From NCBI GenBank assembly GCA_019058275.1, contig JAHLVW010000072.1:1-43791 (forward strand): a DNA stretch of 43,791 bases, in the 5' to 3' direction. The notes under the pieces were generated by a model, which searched no databases, was not told the DNA's origin, and worked only from the letters and a program-made list of their open reading frames with translations. A program made the position numbers and the translations under genes. This document shows positions 19,122 to 28,044 of this stretch, in pieces (the stretch's first letter is position 1; every line of letters begins with the position of its first letter). This DNA comes from Candidatus Heimdallarchaeota archaeon. GTDB lineage: Archaea; Asgardarchaeota; Heimdallarchaeia; JABLTI01.

Positions 19122-19514
19122 ATGGCTGAAAAATTACAAATCTATAAATGCGAGAAATGTGGTAACATCGTAGAGGTTTTGCATGGGGGTCCAGGTACAC
19201 TCGTTTGTTGCGGTGAACCAATGATCCTAATGGAAGAACAAACTGCTGACTGGAAAAATGAAAAACATGTTCCAGTTATCAAAGAAAAGAAAGATGATGA
19301 TGGCAAGTTGAAAGGTATTAAAGTCATTGTTGGTAGCACTCTTCACCCAATGGAAGAAGATCATTACATTGAGTGGATTGAAGTTATCAAAGATGGTAAA
19401 GCCTACCGAAAATTCTTGAAACCCGGCGATGATCCAAAAGCTAAATTCAAAATGAAATCCGAAGGCGTTATTGCTCGAGAATATTGCAATAAACATGGTC
19501 TATGGAAAAGCTAA
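19122..19514 (+). CDS. dfx: desulfoferrodoxin (2Fe superoxide reductase)
   Basis: Desulforedoxin centre CEKC...CC; SOR centre EKHVP, HPM..DHYI, CNKHGLW. ATG 19122 follows GGTGA, so the track start at 19086 is probably too early. Confidence 0.95.
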   Translation: MAEKLQIYKCEKCGNIVEVLHGGPGTLVCCGEPMILMEEQTADWKNEKHVPVIKEKKDDDGKLKGIKVIVGSTLHPMEEDHYIEWIEVIKDGKAYRKFLKPGDDPKAKFKMKSEGVIAREYCNKHGLWKS

Positions 19515-19530
19515 TCGAGTGGATGTATAA

Positions 19531-20106
19531 ATGAGTAAATCAATCAAAGGAACAGAAACAGAGAAGAATCTTCTCAAAGCATTTGCTGGAGAATCTCAAG
19601 CTAGAGGTAGATATACAATGTATGCAAAAGTAGCTAATAAAGAAGGCTACAAGCAAATTGCAGAAATCTTTGAAGAAACTGCTTACAATGAATATCAACA
19701 TGCTAAACAATTCTTTAGTTTCCTTGAAGGTGGAATGGTAGAATTTACAGCTGCCTATCCAACAGATATTGGAGCAACTGCAGAAAACTTGAAATTCGCA
19801 GCAATGGGAGAAAATGAAGAACATACAAAACTTTATCCCGGATTTGCAAAAGTAGCTGAAGACGAAAGGTTCTCAGATGTTGCTTTGAAATTTAAGAATA
19901 TTGCAAAAGTAGAAGTTGCACACGAGAAAAGATATCTTGCTTTACTTGAACAAGTAAAAGCAGGAACTGTTTTCAAGAAATCCGAAAAAGTTACCTGGAA
20001 ATGTCGTGTTTGTGGTTTCCATCACGAAGGTGATGCTCCACCCAAGATTTGTCCAGTTTGTGGACATTCTCATGAGCATTACGAACTACTTTGTGAAGAA
20101 TATTAA
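19531..20106 (+). CDS. rbr: rubrerythrin
   Basis: NLLKAFAGESQA, EYQHA, GENEE, EVAHE di-iron four-helix bundle; C-terminal rubredoxin CRVC...CPVC. Confidence 0.95.
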   Translation: MSKSIKGTETEKNLLKAFAGESQARGRYTMYAKVANKEGYKQIAEIFEETAYNEYQHAKQFFSFLEGGMVEFTAAYPTDIGATAENLKFAAMGENEEHTKLYPGFAKVAEDERFSDVALKFKNIAKVEVAHEKRYLALLEQVKAGTVFKKSEKVTWKCRVCGFHHEGDAPPKICPVCGHSHEHYELLCEEY

Positions 20107-20129
20107 ACCAATTGAATTTGGAAATAGTT

Positions 20130-20167
20130 AGCAGTAATACTTTTACTGCTTTACTACTCTTTTTTTT
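20130..20167 (+). terminator. hairpin + T tract after rbr
   Basis: Perfect 8-bp stem AGCAGTAA-tactt-TTACTGCT followed by TTACTACTC and an 8-T run. Confidence 0.6.
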
Positions 20168-20183
20168 CAAAACCTTAGCTTGT

Positions 20184-20199
20184 GAAAAGGAATATATAT
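20184..20199 (+). promoter_or_regulatory. BRE/TATA-like promoter for the Zn-ribbon membrane protein gene
   Basis: GAAAAGG-AATATATAT about 45 nt upstream of ATG 20243. Confidence 0.4.
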
Positions 20200-20242
20200 C
20201 GTGAAATCTTAATAATTATTATCACTTGTTTATGGGAGAATA

Positions 20243-20635
20243 ATGGACAACAAAAAAATTCAATGCCCTAACTGTGGGAAAAAAATCGATAGCTGGTTTG
20301 TCTATTGCGAATATTGTGGAAACGCACTTCAACCTGAATCAATAAAGAAGCAAATACCCAGTTCCACCATAAAATCAAATGTTGAAATTAGGAAGATACC
20401 TGCAACTGAAACAACTGAAGCAAAGCAAGTTATTATTATTCCAACTCAAAAAGAAAAAAAACATAAGTGGTATACACCACCTAAAAGGAAAAGACCTGGA
20501 TATCACCCACTAGAGTGGTTCTTTTGGATAGGTTGGGGAATATACGTAGCATTTCGTTTTCTTATTATTGCATTTTTTAATTACATAAAATGGTGCTGTT
20601 GGTGGGGACCTCCAAAAGGTAAGAATGATTTATAA
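20243..20635 (+). CDS. zinc-ribbon protein with C-terminal membrane segment
   Basis: CPNCG-x9-CEYCG at the N-terminus; low-complexity linker; Trp-rich hydrophobic segment FFWIGWGIYVAFRFLIIAFF; GGGAG RBS. Confidence 0.7.
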   Translation: MDNKKIQCPNCGKKIDSWFVYCEYCGNALQPESIKKQIPSSTIKSNVEIRKIPATETTEAKQVIIIPTQKEKKHKWYTPPKRKRPGYHPLEWFFWIGWGIYVAFRFLIIAFFNYIKWCCWWGPPKGKNDL

Positions 20636-20678
20636 AAAAGAAAATGATCTTGGAAGACCATTTTACAAAATAAATTTG

Positions 20679-21929
20679 TTAAGTGAATAGCACTTTTTCT
20701 CTTTCGATTGCTTTTCTTGCTAAAAATAGCATTGCAGCAAACAGTCCAACAATCAGAGCTAGGTATATTCCATCTACCCATGTAAATGATAGATCTACCA
20801 TAGATAGAAATAAATGATATATCCAGTAGAATGGATTGATGACTGCATAAGGTGCTGAAGTTGTTGGATCGAATGCTACTGTAAAGTAGAAAAGAAAACC
20901 AAAACCCATAACAACTGTGATACCTACTCTTTCTGCAACTGTTTTTGAGAACATTGTATCGACTGTCATTAAAGCCAGCATTGTAATAACAAGAGCTATT
21001 GCTAATCCAATCAGTAAAACTACACCTTTGATAGAAAGCAAATCGCTAATGGACAAAGCAAGTATGCCCTCTACACCAACGTTTTCACCAGGATCACCTA
21101 TAACACTTAAACTTATAAGACCAGCAAATGCAGATCCTGCGAAATAAGCAACAATGCTTAGTGTTGAGGCTATTAATCCAACTATAAGTTTAGAGAAAAC
21201 CAAATGGGATCTATTTTTGGTAATAGAAAGCATGATTTCAAAAGTACCATCTTCCTTTTCTTTACCAAAACCAATAGTTCTTCCCATATTACCTACTAAT
21301 GCTATTAGAATGAACATTGCATAAGCAAAAGGTGAAGCTAATTGTAATGTAGATTGTGACCACCCAGAATCTGGTTCTCCAACTGGAGGTGTGTAAAGTA
21401 TTTCTTCAATTTGAGGGATATTATCTTGAGTGATATTATTCAAGTTTAGAAAGGCACTAAATGCTGTTTCATGTATTTTGTTTACAACTTGATCAAAATA
21501 TACTCCTTGGATGGAAATATCACTAGAAGATTTATGGAATTCCAAACTTGATTTTCCATCAAATGTTGCTTCCGAAAAGTTCGCAGGAATATATATTCCA
21601 TTTGATGCATTCAATGCTTCTACTCTAGTATCGACTATTTTTATTTCAATATTTGAAATATTTTCGACAAAAAACTGAATATTCTCAATTGAATCATCTC
21701 CAAGATTAATATTAATTGTTGTACTATTATATAGTTCATCTGAACCAATATCATCAGAACATATTGTAATAGTAGTTTGTTGAGCTCCGATAAAGATTGT
21801 TGGCAAACTTATGATTAGAAACATCATGATAAAAGGAACACCAACTGTGACAAGAATTGTCTTCCAAGTGAAAACTAATTTCAAATCCTTCTTGAGAATA
21901 GCAGTAAATTGATCTCTTTTTCTAACCAT
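20679..21929 (-). CDS. ABC-2 type exporter permease (NatB-like)
   Basis: AILKKDLK N-terminus; TM1, large external loop, then KEKEDGTFEIML and 5 further TMs; NPF near the end. ATG 21929 follows GGAGG and lies 1 nt from the ATPase stop. Confidence 0.85.
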   Translation of the reverse strand: MVRKRDQFTAILKKDLKLVFTWKTILVTVGVPFIMMFLIISLPTIFIGAQQTTITICSDDIGSDELYNSTTININLGDDSIENIQFFVENISNIEIKIVDTRVEALNASNGIYIPANFSEATFDGKSSLEFHKSSSDISIQGVYFDQVVNKIHETAFSAFLNLNNITQDNIPQIEEILYTPPVGEPDSGWSQSTLQLASPFAYAMFILIALVGNMGRTIGFGKEKEDGTFEIMLSITKNRSHLVFSKLIVGLIASTLSIVAYFAGSAFAGLISLSVIGDPGENVGVEGILALSISDLLSIKGVVLLIGLAIALVITMLALMTVDTMFSKTVAERVGITVVMGFGFLFYFTVAFDPTTSAPYAVINPFYWIYHLFLSMVDLSFTWVDGIYLALIVGLFAAMLFLARKAIEREKVLFT

Positions 21930-21930
21930 T

Positions 21931-22764
21931 TTAATTTCCTCCGTTTTCACTTACATCGCTACTTGACTCTTCGTAAAAACTCTCTATTTCAGTAAATGTT
22001 TCTCCCAATGGTTTTGGGAAATCACGACCATTTTCAAATGCACTAATAATAGCAACTTCAAAATCACCATCAGAAGCATATTTTTCAATAACCTCTTTTT
22101 TGGTTCCTTCAAAAACTAGCTCTCCTTCCTTCAAAATACCTGTATGAGTAGCTAAATCTTCAAGATCAGAAGTTATATGTGAAGACATTAAGACAGTTTT
22201 GCCATCCATTTTAACAAGTGAATGTATAATATCTCTCACTTTTTTCGCTCGAGCAATATCCAAACCAGTGGTTGGTTCATCAAGGATAATTAACTCACCA
22301 CTTGATATAATTGTTCTAACTAAATTGATTACTCTCTTCTCTCCCCCAGATAATTTACCAAAATTCTGATCTAATTTATCGAGCATATCTAAATCTGAAA
22401 GAAGCTTCATCATTTTCTGATTAGCTTCATCCCTATCAACACCTACAATAGATGTGAAAAGTAAGATATTATCTCGAGTTTTAAAATCCTTATAACCTGC
22501 ACTTAGTTGTGAAAGAATTCCAATTTCAGCTCTGATTTCTTCAGGATTTTTCTTGACATCAACCCCTAGCACATAAACATCTCCAGAAGTTGGTTTCAAA
22601 ATTCCTGTCAAGATTCTAATGGTAGTTGTCTTTCCAGCACCATTTGGTCCTAAAAGAGCATAAATGCTACCTTTTGGAACATGTAATGATATTCCTTTTA
22701 GAATCTCCTTGTTTCCAAAACTTTTACGTAGTTCTTTCGTTTCTATTATAAATTCATCATACAT
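21931..22764 (-). CDS. ABC-2 type exporter ATP-binding protein
   Basis: GPNGAGKTT, LSGGE, ILDEPTTGLD, SSH. Confidence 0.93.
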   Translation of the reverse strand: MYDEFIIETKELRKSFGNKEILKGISLHVPKGSIYALLGPNGAGKTTTIRILTGILKPTSGDVYVLGVDVKKNPEEIRAEIGILSQLSAGYKDFKTRDNILLFTSIVGVDRDEANQKMMKLLSDLDMLDKLDQNFGKLSGGEKRVINLVRTIISSGELIILDEPTTGLDIARAKKVRDIIHSLVKMDGKTVLMSSHITSDLEDLATHTGILKEGELVFEGTKKEVIEKYASDGDFEVAIISAFENGRDFPKPLGETFTEIESFYEESSSDVSENGGN

Positions 22765-22918
22765 GTTTTACCAACACACAATAGAAATTGTCAATCTTGG
22801 AAATTAATTAAGATGGATTGATTATTTCGACATTAGAAATTGGAATTAATAACTATAAAAACAAATTCATAAAATCTAGAAAAAAAAGTAAGCAGTTAAC
22901 CAACTAAAATAAAATCAC

Positions 22919-23977
22919 TCATTTACTATAGAACTTATATCTAGGTGTTTCTTTGATTCCTCCTTCCCATACATACTCCAGTTTTCTAACTACTCTTTTT
23001 TCTTTCCCCATTTCTAACAAGTACTTGTAAATTAATGGACTGAATGTGTATCCATTGATTGAGGAAAGTTGTTCAAATTCATCAGGTGATAATCCTATAT
23101 CTTTACTATTATTTTGAATGAAAACCCAAATACTTGCTATATCATTGTGATTGTTCTTCATTGCATTGAGAATTACTTCTTTGAATTCTGTTTCATTTGG
23201 AGTAAATTCTGGAGGTTCACGATGATTTAGTAAGCGTTCTATTAATATATCTCCTTCTGATAAGGTAATCAGCACATTGTGTGGTGGTTGGCATTTGTAT
23301 GTCAAAATTTTCTCAATGCCAGAGAAACCAATTTCAAAAGAGCTGAAGAACGTCGATTCTTCAGAATAACCAAGATACATAGGTTGCATCCAATTTGCAA
23401 GGAATATTTGTTCAGGATATTTTGGATGGAGAACTACAAAAGCAAAATGCCCTTGGAAGTCTTTACATGAATTTTTAATAACTTTTCTAATGTCAGTGGT
23501 CTTTTTTAGTTCTTCTTCCAGTAAATAGCTGAAAATCTCACTATCACAATAATCAACAACTTCTTGATTCAAATTTTTATCAAAGAATTTAGATTTAGAT
23601 CTAAATTTGTCGCCCTTTTCCTCTAGATCACTAACAAATTGCTTGTAGTTTGTAAGTGTTCCATTATGCATTGTCACAAACAATTCATTACTGTTCCAAA
23701 ATGGATGAGCTTTTGCTTGAGTATTTGTTTCAGTAAGTCTGACATTCTTTATAGCATATCTTGTATGGCCAATTCCTATAGTAGGTTCATTTTTTAATTG
23801 ATGTAGTTCTCTAAACCTTTTTACTGGACCAATATATTTCTCCATGTAAACGTTGTGATTTTCAATGAAGGCTAAACCTGTTGCTTGTGCACCAATAATC
23901 GATTCTTGAATTTCCAATGAATCAAGTAATAATGGAATGCAATTTTCTTTTCCAATATACCCAGCCAAATGACACAT
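22919..23977 (-). CDS. stand-alone class II glutamine amidotransferase (Ntn-hydrolase) with C-terminal extension
   Basis: N-terminal MC nucleophile, GIGHTRYA, AHPF, HNG, DSE. No SIS or PRTase domain follows. Confidence 0.8.
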   Translation of the reverse strand: MCHLAGYIGKENCIPLLLDSLEIQESIIGAQATGLAFIENHNVYMEKYIGPVKRFRELHQLKNEPTIGIGHTRYAIKNVRLTETNTQAKAHPFWNSNELFVTMHNGTLTNYKQFVSDLEEKGDKFRSKSKFFDKNLNQEVVDYCDSEIFSYLLEEELKKTTDIRKVIKNSCKDFQGHFAFVVLHPKYPEQIFLANWMQPMYLGYSEESTFFSSFEIGFSGIEKILTYKCQPPHNVLITLSEGDILIERLLNHREPPEFTPNETEFKEVILNAMKNNHNDIASIWVFIQNNSKDIGLSPDEFEQLSSINGYTFSPLIYKYLLEMGKEKRVVRKLEYVWEGGIKETPRYKFYSK

Positions 23978-24009
23978 TAGTTTTACATCCGAAATTTATC
24001 ATGAAAGAT

Positions 24010-24981
24010 TTACAATGGAATTTTCACTTTTTGGTTTATTAAAAATTGGTTTAATTCTTCTCGAGTAGGTAATGAAGTCATTGCTCCTTTCTTTTGTATA
24101 GCCAAAGCTCCTACAGCACAACCAAGTATGCCAGCTTCTTCTAAGCTTTTACCGTCAAGTAAACCGAATACAAATCCAGCATTAAATCCATCTCCAGCAC
24201 CTGTAGTATCAATTACGGGAACCTCAAAAGATGGTATTGCTGAAAAGAAACCATCTCTTTGCTTTACTAAACATCCTTCATTTCCTTTTTTCAATGCAAT
24301 AATATTAATTGGATATTTTTCAAAAACCTCATCTACTGCTTTCTGTTCATCAATCTCCTCATCATCAAGTATAAATTGTAGTTCTTCAGTTGATGGATAA
24401 AAAATATCTGTGCTCAATAATGCCTGATCTAGCATGTTTCTCAGTTCATTTTTATCAACCCATAAATCTAATCTTATATTGGGATCCAAACAAACTTTAC
24501 CCTTTGTCTTACGACATTCCTCTATTGCCTTGAATGTTGCACTCCTACATGGTTCATCTGTTAATGAAACGGTACCAAAGTTAAGGAATTGTGCCTTTTT
24601 TACTGCTTCAAGATTAACTTCTTCTGGTTCAAGTTTCATATCAGCAGCATCCTTCCTATAAAACAGAAAATCTCTTTCACTGTCTTGATCAAGAGATACA
24701 AATGCTAATGTGGTTCTTTCATTGGATTTCGCTTTTACCATAAATTCAACATTAACCCCTTCTTCTTTCAAAATATTGAGAAGATAATCCCCAAAAAAAT
24801 CATTTGCAACTTTACCAATAAATCCTGTATTAATCCCCAGCCTTGCTAACCCTACAATGAAATTTGCTGGTGCTCCACCAGGGCATTTTTGAAACGAATT
24901 TACTTTATCTAAAGTGCCAATTTCATCGGAAATGAAGTCAATTAGAATTTCACCAATTGATAATACTTCAGGAAAAGACAA
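24010..24981 (-). CDS. PfkB-family sugar kinase (fructokinase/KDG kinase-like)
   Basis: IGEILID, PGGAPAN, LARLG, DPNIR, DTTGAGDGFNAG. TTG start. Confidence 0.93.
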   Translation of the reverse strand: MSFPEVLSIGEILIDFISDEIGTLDKVNSFQKCPGGAPANFIVGLARLGINTGFIGKVANDFFGDYLLNILKEEGVNVEFMVKAKSNERTTLAFVSLDQDSERDFLFYRKDAADMKLEPEEVNLEAVKKAQFLNFGTVSLTDEPCRSATFKAIEECRKTKGKVCLDPNIRLDLWVDKNELRNMLDQALLSTDIFYPSTEELQFILDDEEIDEQKAVDEVFEKYPINIIALKKGNEGCLVKQRDGFFSAIPSFEVPVIDTTGAGDGFNAGFVFGLLDGKSLEEAGILGCAVGALAIQKKGAMTSLPTREELNQFLINQKVKIPL

Positions 24982-25122
24982 AGTTATTCACGAGTCAATT
25001 AAATTAGTTACTATTTGAAAAGAATTTTCCTTCATTTTGCTATTAGAATTAGTACCTTGTAATTTAAAGGAAATCAAGTTTAAAAATCTCTAAAGTTAAC
25101 CTTATTAAAGGATAATTACTTT

Positions 25123-25704
25123 ATGATAGATAAGTTAAACAATAGTTTAAACTTCACTATTGAAATGTGGAGAAATTCAAAATTGAGTGATATATACCTT
25201 GATTGTGACTCACCTTGCATAAGCTGTCCATATGGACGAATCTTTAAGATTAACAACTATAATGGAAGAAATCTTAGAGGTTCATATTATTGTGTTAATG
25301 ATGGTATACTTTACTTATGTAAAAGAGGAGTAGGGTTTAGAATGGTTAGGGGACAACTTAGACCCTTCTGTCCAAGATGTGATCGTCAATTGGGACAAAT
25401 AGTTTTAAGTTATAATCAAGGTAAAGATTTCAGACCATTTGAAGATGACATACTTCTAGTTGTTCGAATACCTCTTCAATCCAGATTTGACATTACAAAA
25501 GTCCTAAGAGGTTCGTATTTCAAAGATCTTTCAGAGGTTTTACTTTATATTTACTTCAATGAAGGAGAAGGTGAATATAATATTGTCAGATATAGAAAAG
25601 CTGACAATCAATATTCAGTTATTTTTTCCGGAAGAATCGCTACAAGTGATATTGAAATCGAAATTGTAAAGACAGAACTGATTGAACCACCAATATTAAG
25701 ATAA
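25123..25704 (+). CDS. hypothetical Cys-rich protein
   Basis: 193-aa ORF filling an intergenic gap; CDSPCISC, YYC, LC and CPRC suggest metal binding. Family not recognised. Confidence 0.6.
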   Translation: MIDKLNNSLNFTIEMWRNSKLSDIYLDCDSPCISCPYGRIFKINNYNGRNLRGSYYCVNDGILYLCKRGVGFRMVRGQLRPFCPRCDRQLGQIVLSYNQGKDFRPFEDDILLVVRIPLQSRFDITKVLRGSYFKDLSEVLLYIYFNEGEGEYNIVRYRKADNQYSVIFSGRIATSDIEIEIVKTELIEPPILR

Positions 25705-25770
25705 GGTGATTTTACCATTACCTTTGAAAATCTTTTTATTATTTCTAAATGATGTAGGATTTGTGATTCA

Positions 25771-26007
25771 ATGTCTCAAACAAATAAATTGTTTCATATC
25801 TGTCATGTAATGTTTTCTAATGGCATTACAAAACCCGAAGTATCTCGAACACTTACGGAAATACAAGAAATAATTGAACCTGCAGAAGATTACGACATTC
25901 CTAAAATAATGCTTGATCTTGTGAATCAAGGATATGTTGGTCAATTTGAAGGGAAATATTTCCTTTTAGGAAAAGGTATCATAGCAGTAGCTGCTATATT
26001 TACTTGA
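25771..26007 (+). CDS. small hypothetical protein, possible winged helix
   Basis: 78 aa; preceded by GAAAATCTTTTTATT promoter-like element and GTGA. TLTEIQE...IPKIMLDLVNQGYV...GKYFLLGKG is the helix-helix-wing pattern of wHTH proteins. Confidence 0.6.
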   Translation: MSQTNKLFHICHVMFSNGITKPEVSRTLTEIQEIIEPAEDYDIPKIMLDLVNQGYVGQFEGKYFLLGKGIIAVAAIFT

Positions 26008-26139
26008 AGCCCATTGTTTAAGTGTTCAGCTGGAAAAGTAGATGCAATAACCTTTTAGACAACAAAATAGCAAGTTATTAGTTATCCTATAACTAGAGAG
26101 TATTTGAATCATAAAATTGAGTGTCGATTGGTGAAAGGA

Positions 26140-26784
26140 ATGGTTAAGAAGAATTCCATAAATGGAGTAATTCTTGTCTCTTTTGAATATCCACCTAGAC
26201 GACTTTCTAAGGTTAGTGATATTGTCTCTAAACATGCAGCTAACCTTGTAAAAAATGGTATAAAAACGTGGGTAGTTACATTTGATGATTGGCGTTCAGA
26301 TATAGAAATCGAAAAAAGCAAAGTTGTTGTAAACAGAATTCCTAATCACATTCCTAATAATATTTCATTCTTTTCAACAATCATGAATCTTAAATCAGCT
26401 TATCAAAGTGCAATTGCTTCGATTTTGAACCAAGAAAAAATTGATTTAATACATTTCTTTGAATGGCAAACCATACCATTGTTAATACCTTGGGGAGACA
26501 CTTTAGAAGTGAAGAAGGTGTATTCCACTTCTTCAATACAACGCACCCGTGATCCACCAAAATCACTATATTCTAATGGTATGATGAAATTAGAAGATAT
26601 ATGTTTAAACAAGTTAGATTTAATCTTTGTAAATTCTGAGAAACTTTCAAAATCAATTAGTAAAGATTACAATATTGAATCTGAGAGCATAGAGGTTTTA
26701 CCCTATGCTGACAAGAAGTATTCAATCAAATCTCTTGAACAATATCAAAATCTATTGAATAATCCAGCAAAAAGAAAATCATAA
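26140..26784 (+). CDS. GT4 glycosyltransferase N-terminal-domain-only protein
   Basis: VSFEYPP...L..NG....VVT...IDLIHFFEW parallels LSWEFPP...HIVT...IDVLHAHDW of the downstream gene; no C-terminal Rossmann domain or EPFG motif. Start uncertain (26104/26131/26140). Confidence 0.72.
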   Translation: MVKKNSINGVILVSFEYPPRRLSKVSDIVSKHAANLVKNGIKTWVVTFDDWRSDIEIEKSKVVVNRIPNHIPNNISFFSTIMNLKSAYQSAIASILNQEKIDLIHFFEWQTIPLLIPWGDTLEVKKVYSTSSIQRTRDPPKSLYSNGMMKLEDICLNKLDLIFVNSEKLSKSISKDYNIESESIEVLPYADKKYSIKSLEQYQNLLNNPAKRKS

Positions 26785-26796
26785 GGAAGCTATCAA

Positions 26797-28038
26797 ATGA
26801 CATTAAGTGTGCTAATGCTTAGTTGGGAATTTCCACCATTTAAAGTAGGTGGACTTGCAGCACACGTCTATGACTTATCTAAGATGCTGGTTAAAAAGGG
26901 ATTTGAAATTCACATTGTTACTTGTAGCTTTCCTGGTACTAAGGATTATGAATTAGTTGATGGAGTTCATGTTCATCGTTTTGATGCTTATGAAATCCCA
27001 GCTCCAGAATTTCTTCAATGGGATTTGAATATGAATGTCCTAATGGAAAGGAAAGCAATTGAAATCATAAAGAAATATAATATTGATGTTCTTCATGCTC
27101 ATGATTGGCTTGTAGCTTTAGCAGCAATTGGTTTAAAGCATCTGTATAGAAAACCTCTGCTCGTAACTATTCATTCATTAGAAAGAGGTAGAAGAAATGG
27201 CTTGTTTAATGATGGCCAACATATGATTGACCAGATAGAAAATCAGCTTATCCAAGAAGCATGGCATAACATTGTTTGTAGTCAATATATGCAATCACTA
27301 TGTCATTTCTCTTTCACTTTTCCCAATGATAAAATGACGATTATTCCAAATGGTGTCCGTTATAATGATTTCTCAATAGAATTATCAACAAAGGAAAAGA
27401 AAGAGCATCATAAAAAATATGCAGCAGAAAATGAGAAGATAATTGCTTATATTGGAAGACTGGTTCCTGAAAAGGGTGTCAATATCTTACTAAACGCAGT
27501 AAAACTTGTTCTCAAAAAACTACCTAACACCAAATTTGTTGTTGCTGGTGAAGGATGGCATCGAAATGAATTAGAGAGGATTGCAAGAGAACTGAAAATA
27601 GAAGAAAAAGTCCTCTTTACAGGATACTTACCGGAAGAAGATTTTCTTCCATATTTCAATGTTGCAGACATACTTGTTGTTCCATCAACATATGAGCCAT
27701 TTGGAATTGTAGCATTGGAAGGAATGGCAACAAAAACACCAATTATTGTTTCAGATGTAGGTGGATTGTCAGAAATTGTAGATCATCGTTGGACAGGAAT
27801 GAAAGTTCCAGCTGATAATTCAGACGCAATGGCTGATTCAATTATTGAATTATTGACTGATGATTCATTAAGAAAAAGTATAGTTTCAAATGCTGTTGAG
27901 AAACTTATACATGTTTATGATTGGTCGATAATTGCTGATCACACAATTAAGGTTTACAATAAAGTGTTTAAGGATTGGAAAAAACACACCTGGAAAACAA
28001 AAGAAGCTTTGAAGAAAAGGAAACCGAAGAAAAAATAA
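26797..28038 (+). CDS. GT4 glycosyltransferase (glycogen/alpha-glucan synthase-like)
   Basis: WEFPPFKVGGL, HAHDW, TIHSLE, IPNG, GRLVPEKG, PSTYEPFGIVALE, DVGGL. Confidence 0.9.
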   Translation: MTLSVLMLSWEFPPFKVGGLAAHVYDLSKMLVKKGFEIHIVTCSFPGTKDYELVDGVHVHRFDAYEIPAPEFLQWDLNMNVLMERKAIEIIKKYNIDVLHAHDWLVALAAIGLKHLYRKPLLVTIHSLERGRRNGLFNDGQHMIDQIENQLIQEAWHNIVCSQYMQSLCHFSFTFPNDKMTIIPNGVRYNDFSIELSTKEKKEHHKKYAAENEKIIAYIGRLVPEKGVNILLNAVKLVLKKLPNTKFVVAGEGWHRNELERIARELKIEEKVLFTGYLPEEDFLPYFNVADILVVPSTYEPFGIVALEGMATKTPIIVSDVGGLSEIVDHRWTGMKVPADNSDAMADSIIELLTDDSLRKSIVSNAVEKLIHVYDWSIIADHTIKVYNKVFKDWKKHTWKTKEALKKRKPKKK

Positions 28039-28044
28039 CTACCC

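Noticed and set aside
22919-23977. Annotation as glmS or purF
   Set aside because: Only the glutaminase domain is present; SIS and PRTase domains are absent.
26104-26784. Pseudogene call for the half GT4
   Set aside because: No frameshift, internal stop or remnant of the missing domain; the ORF is tightly coupled to the next gene. Kept as a CDS.
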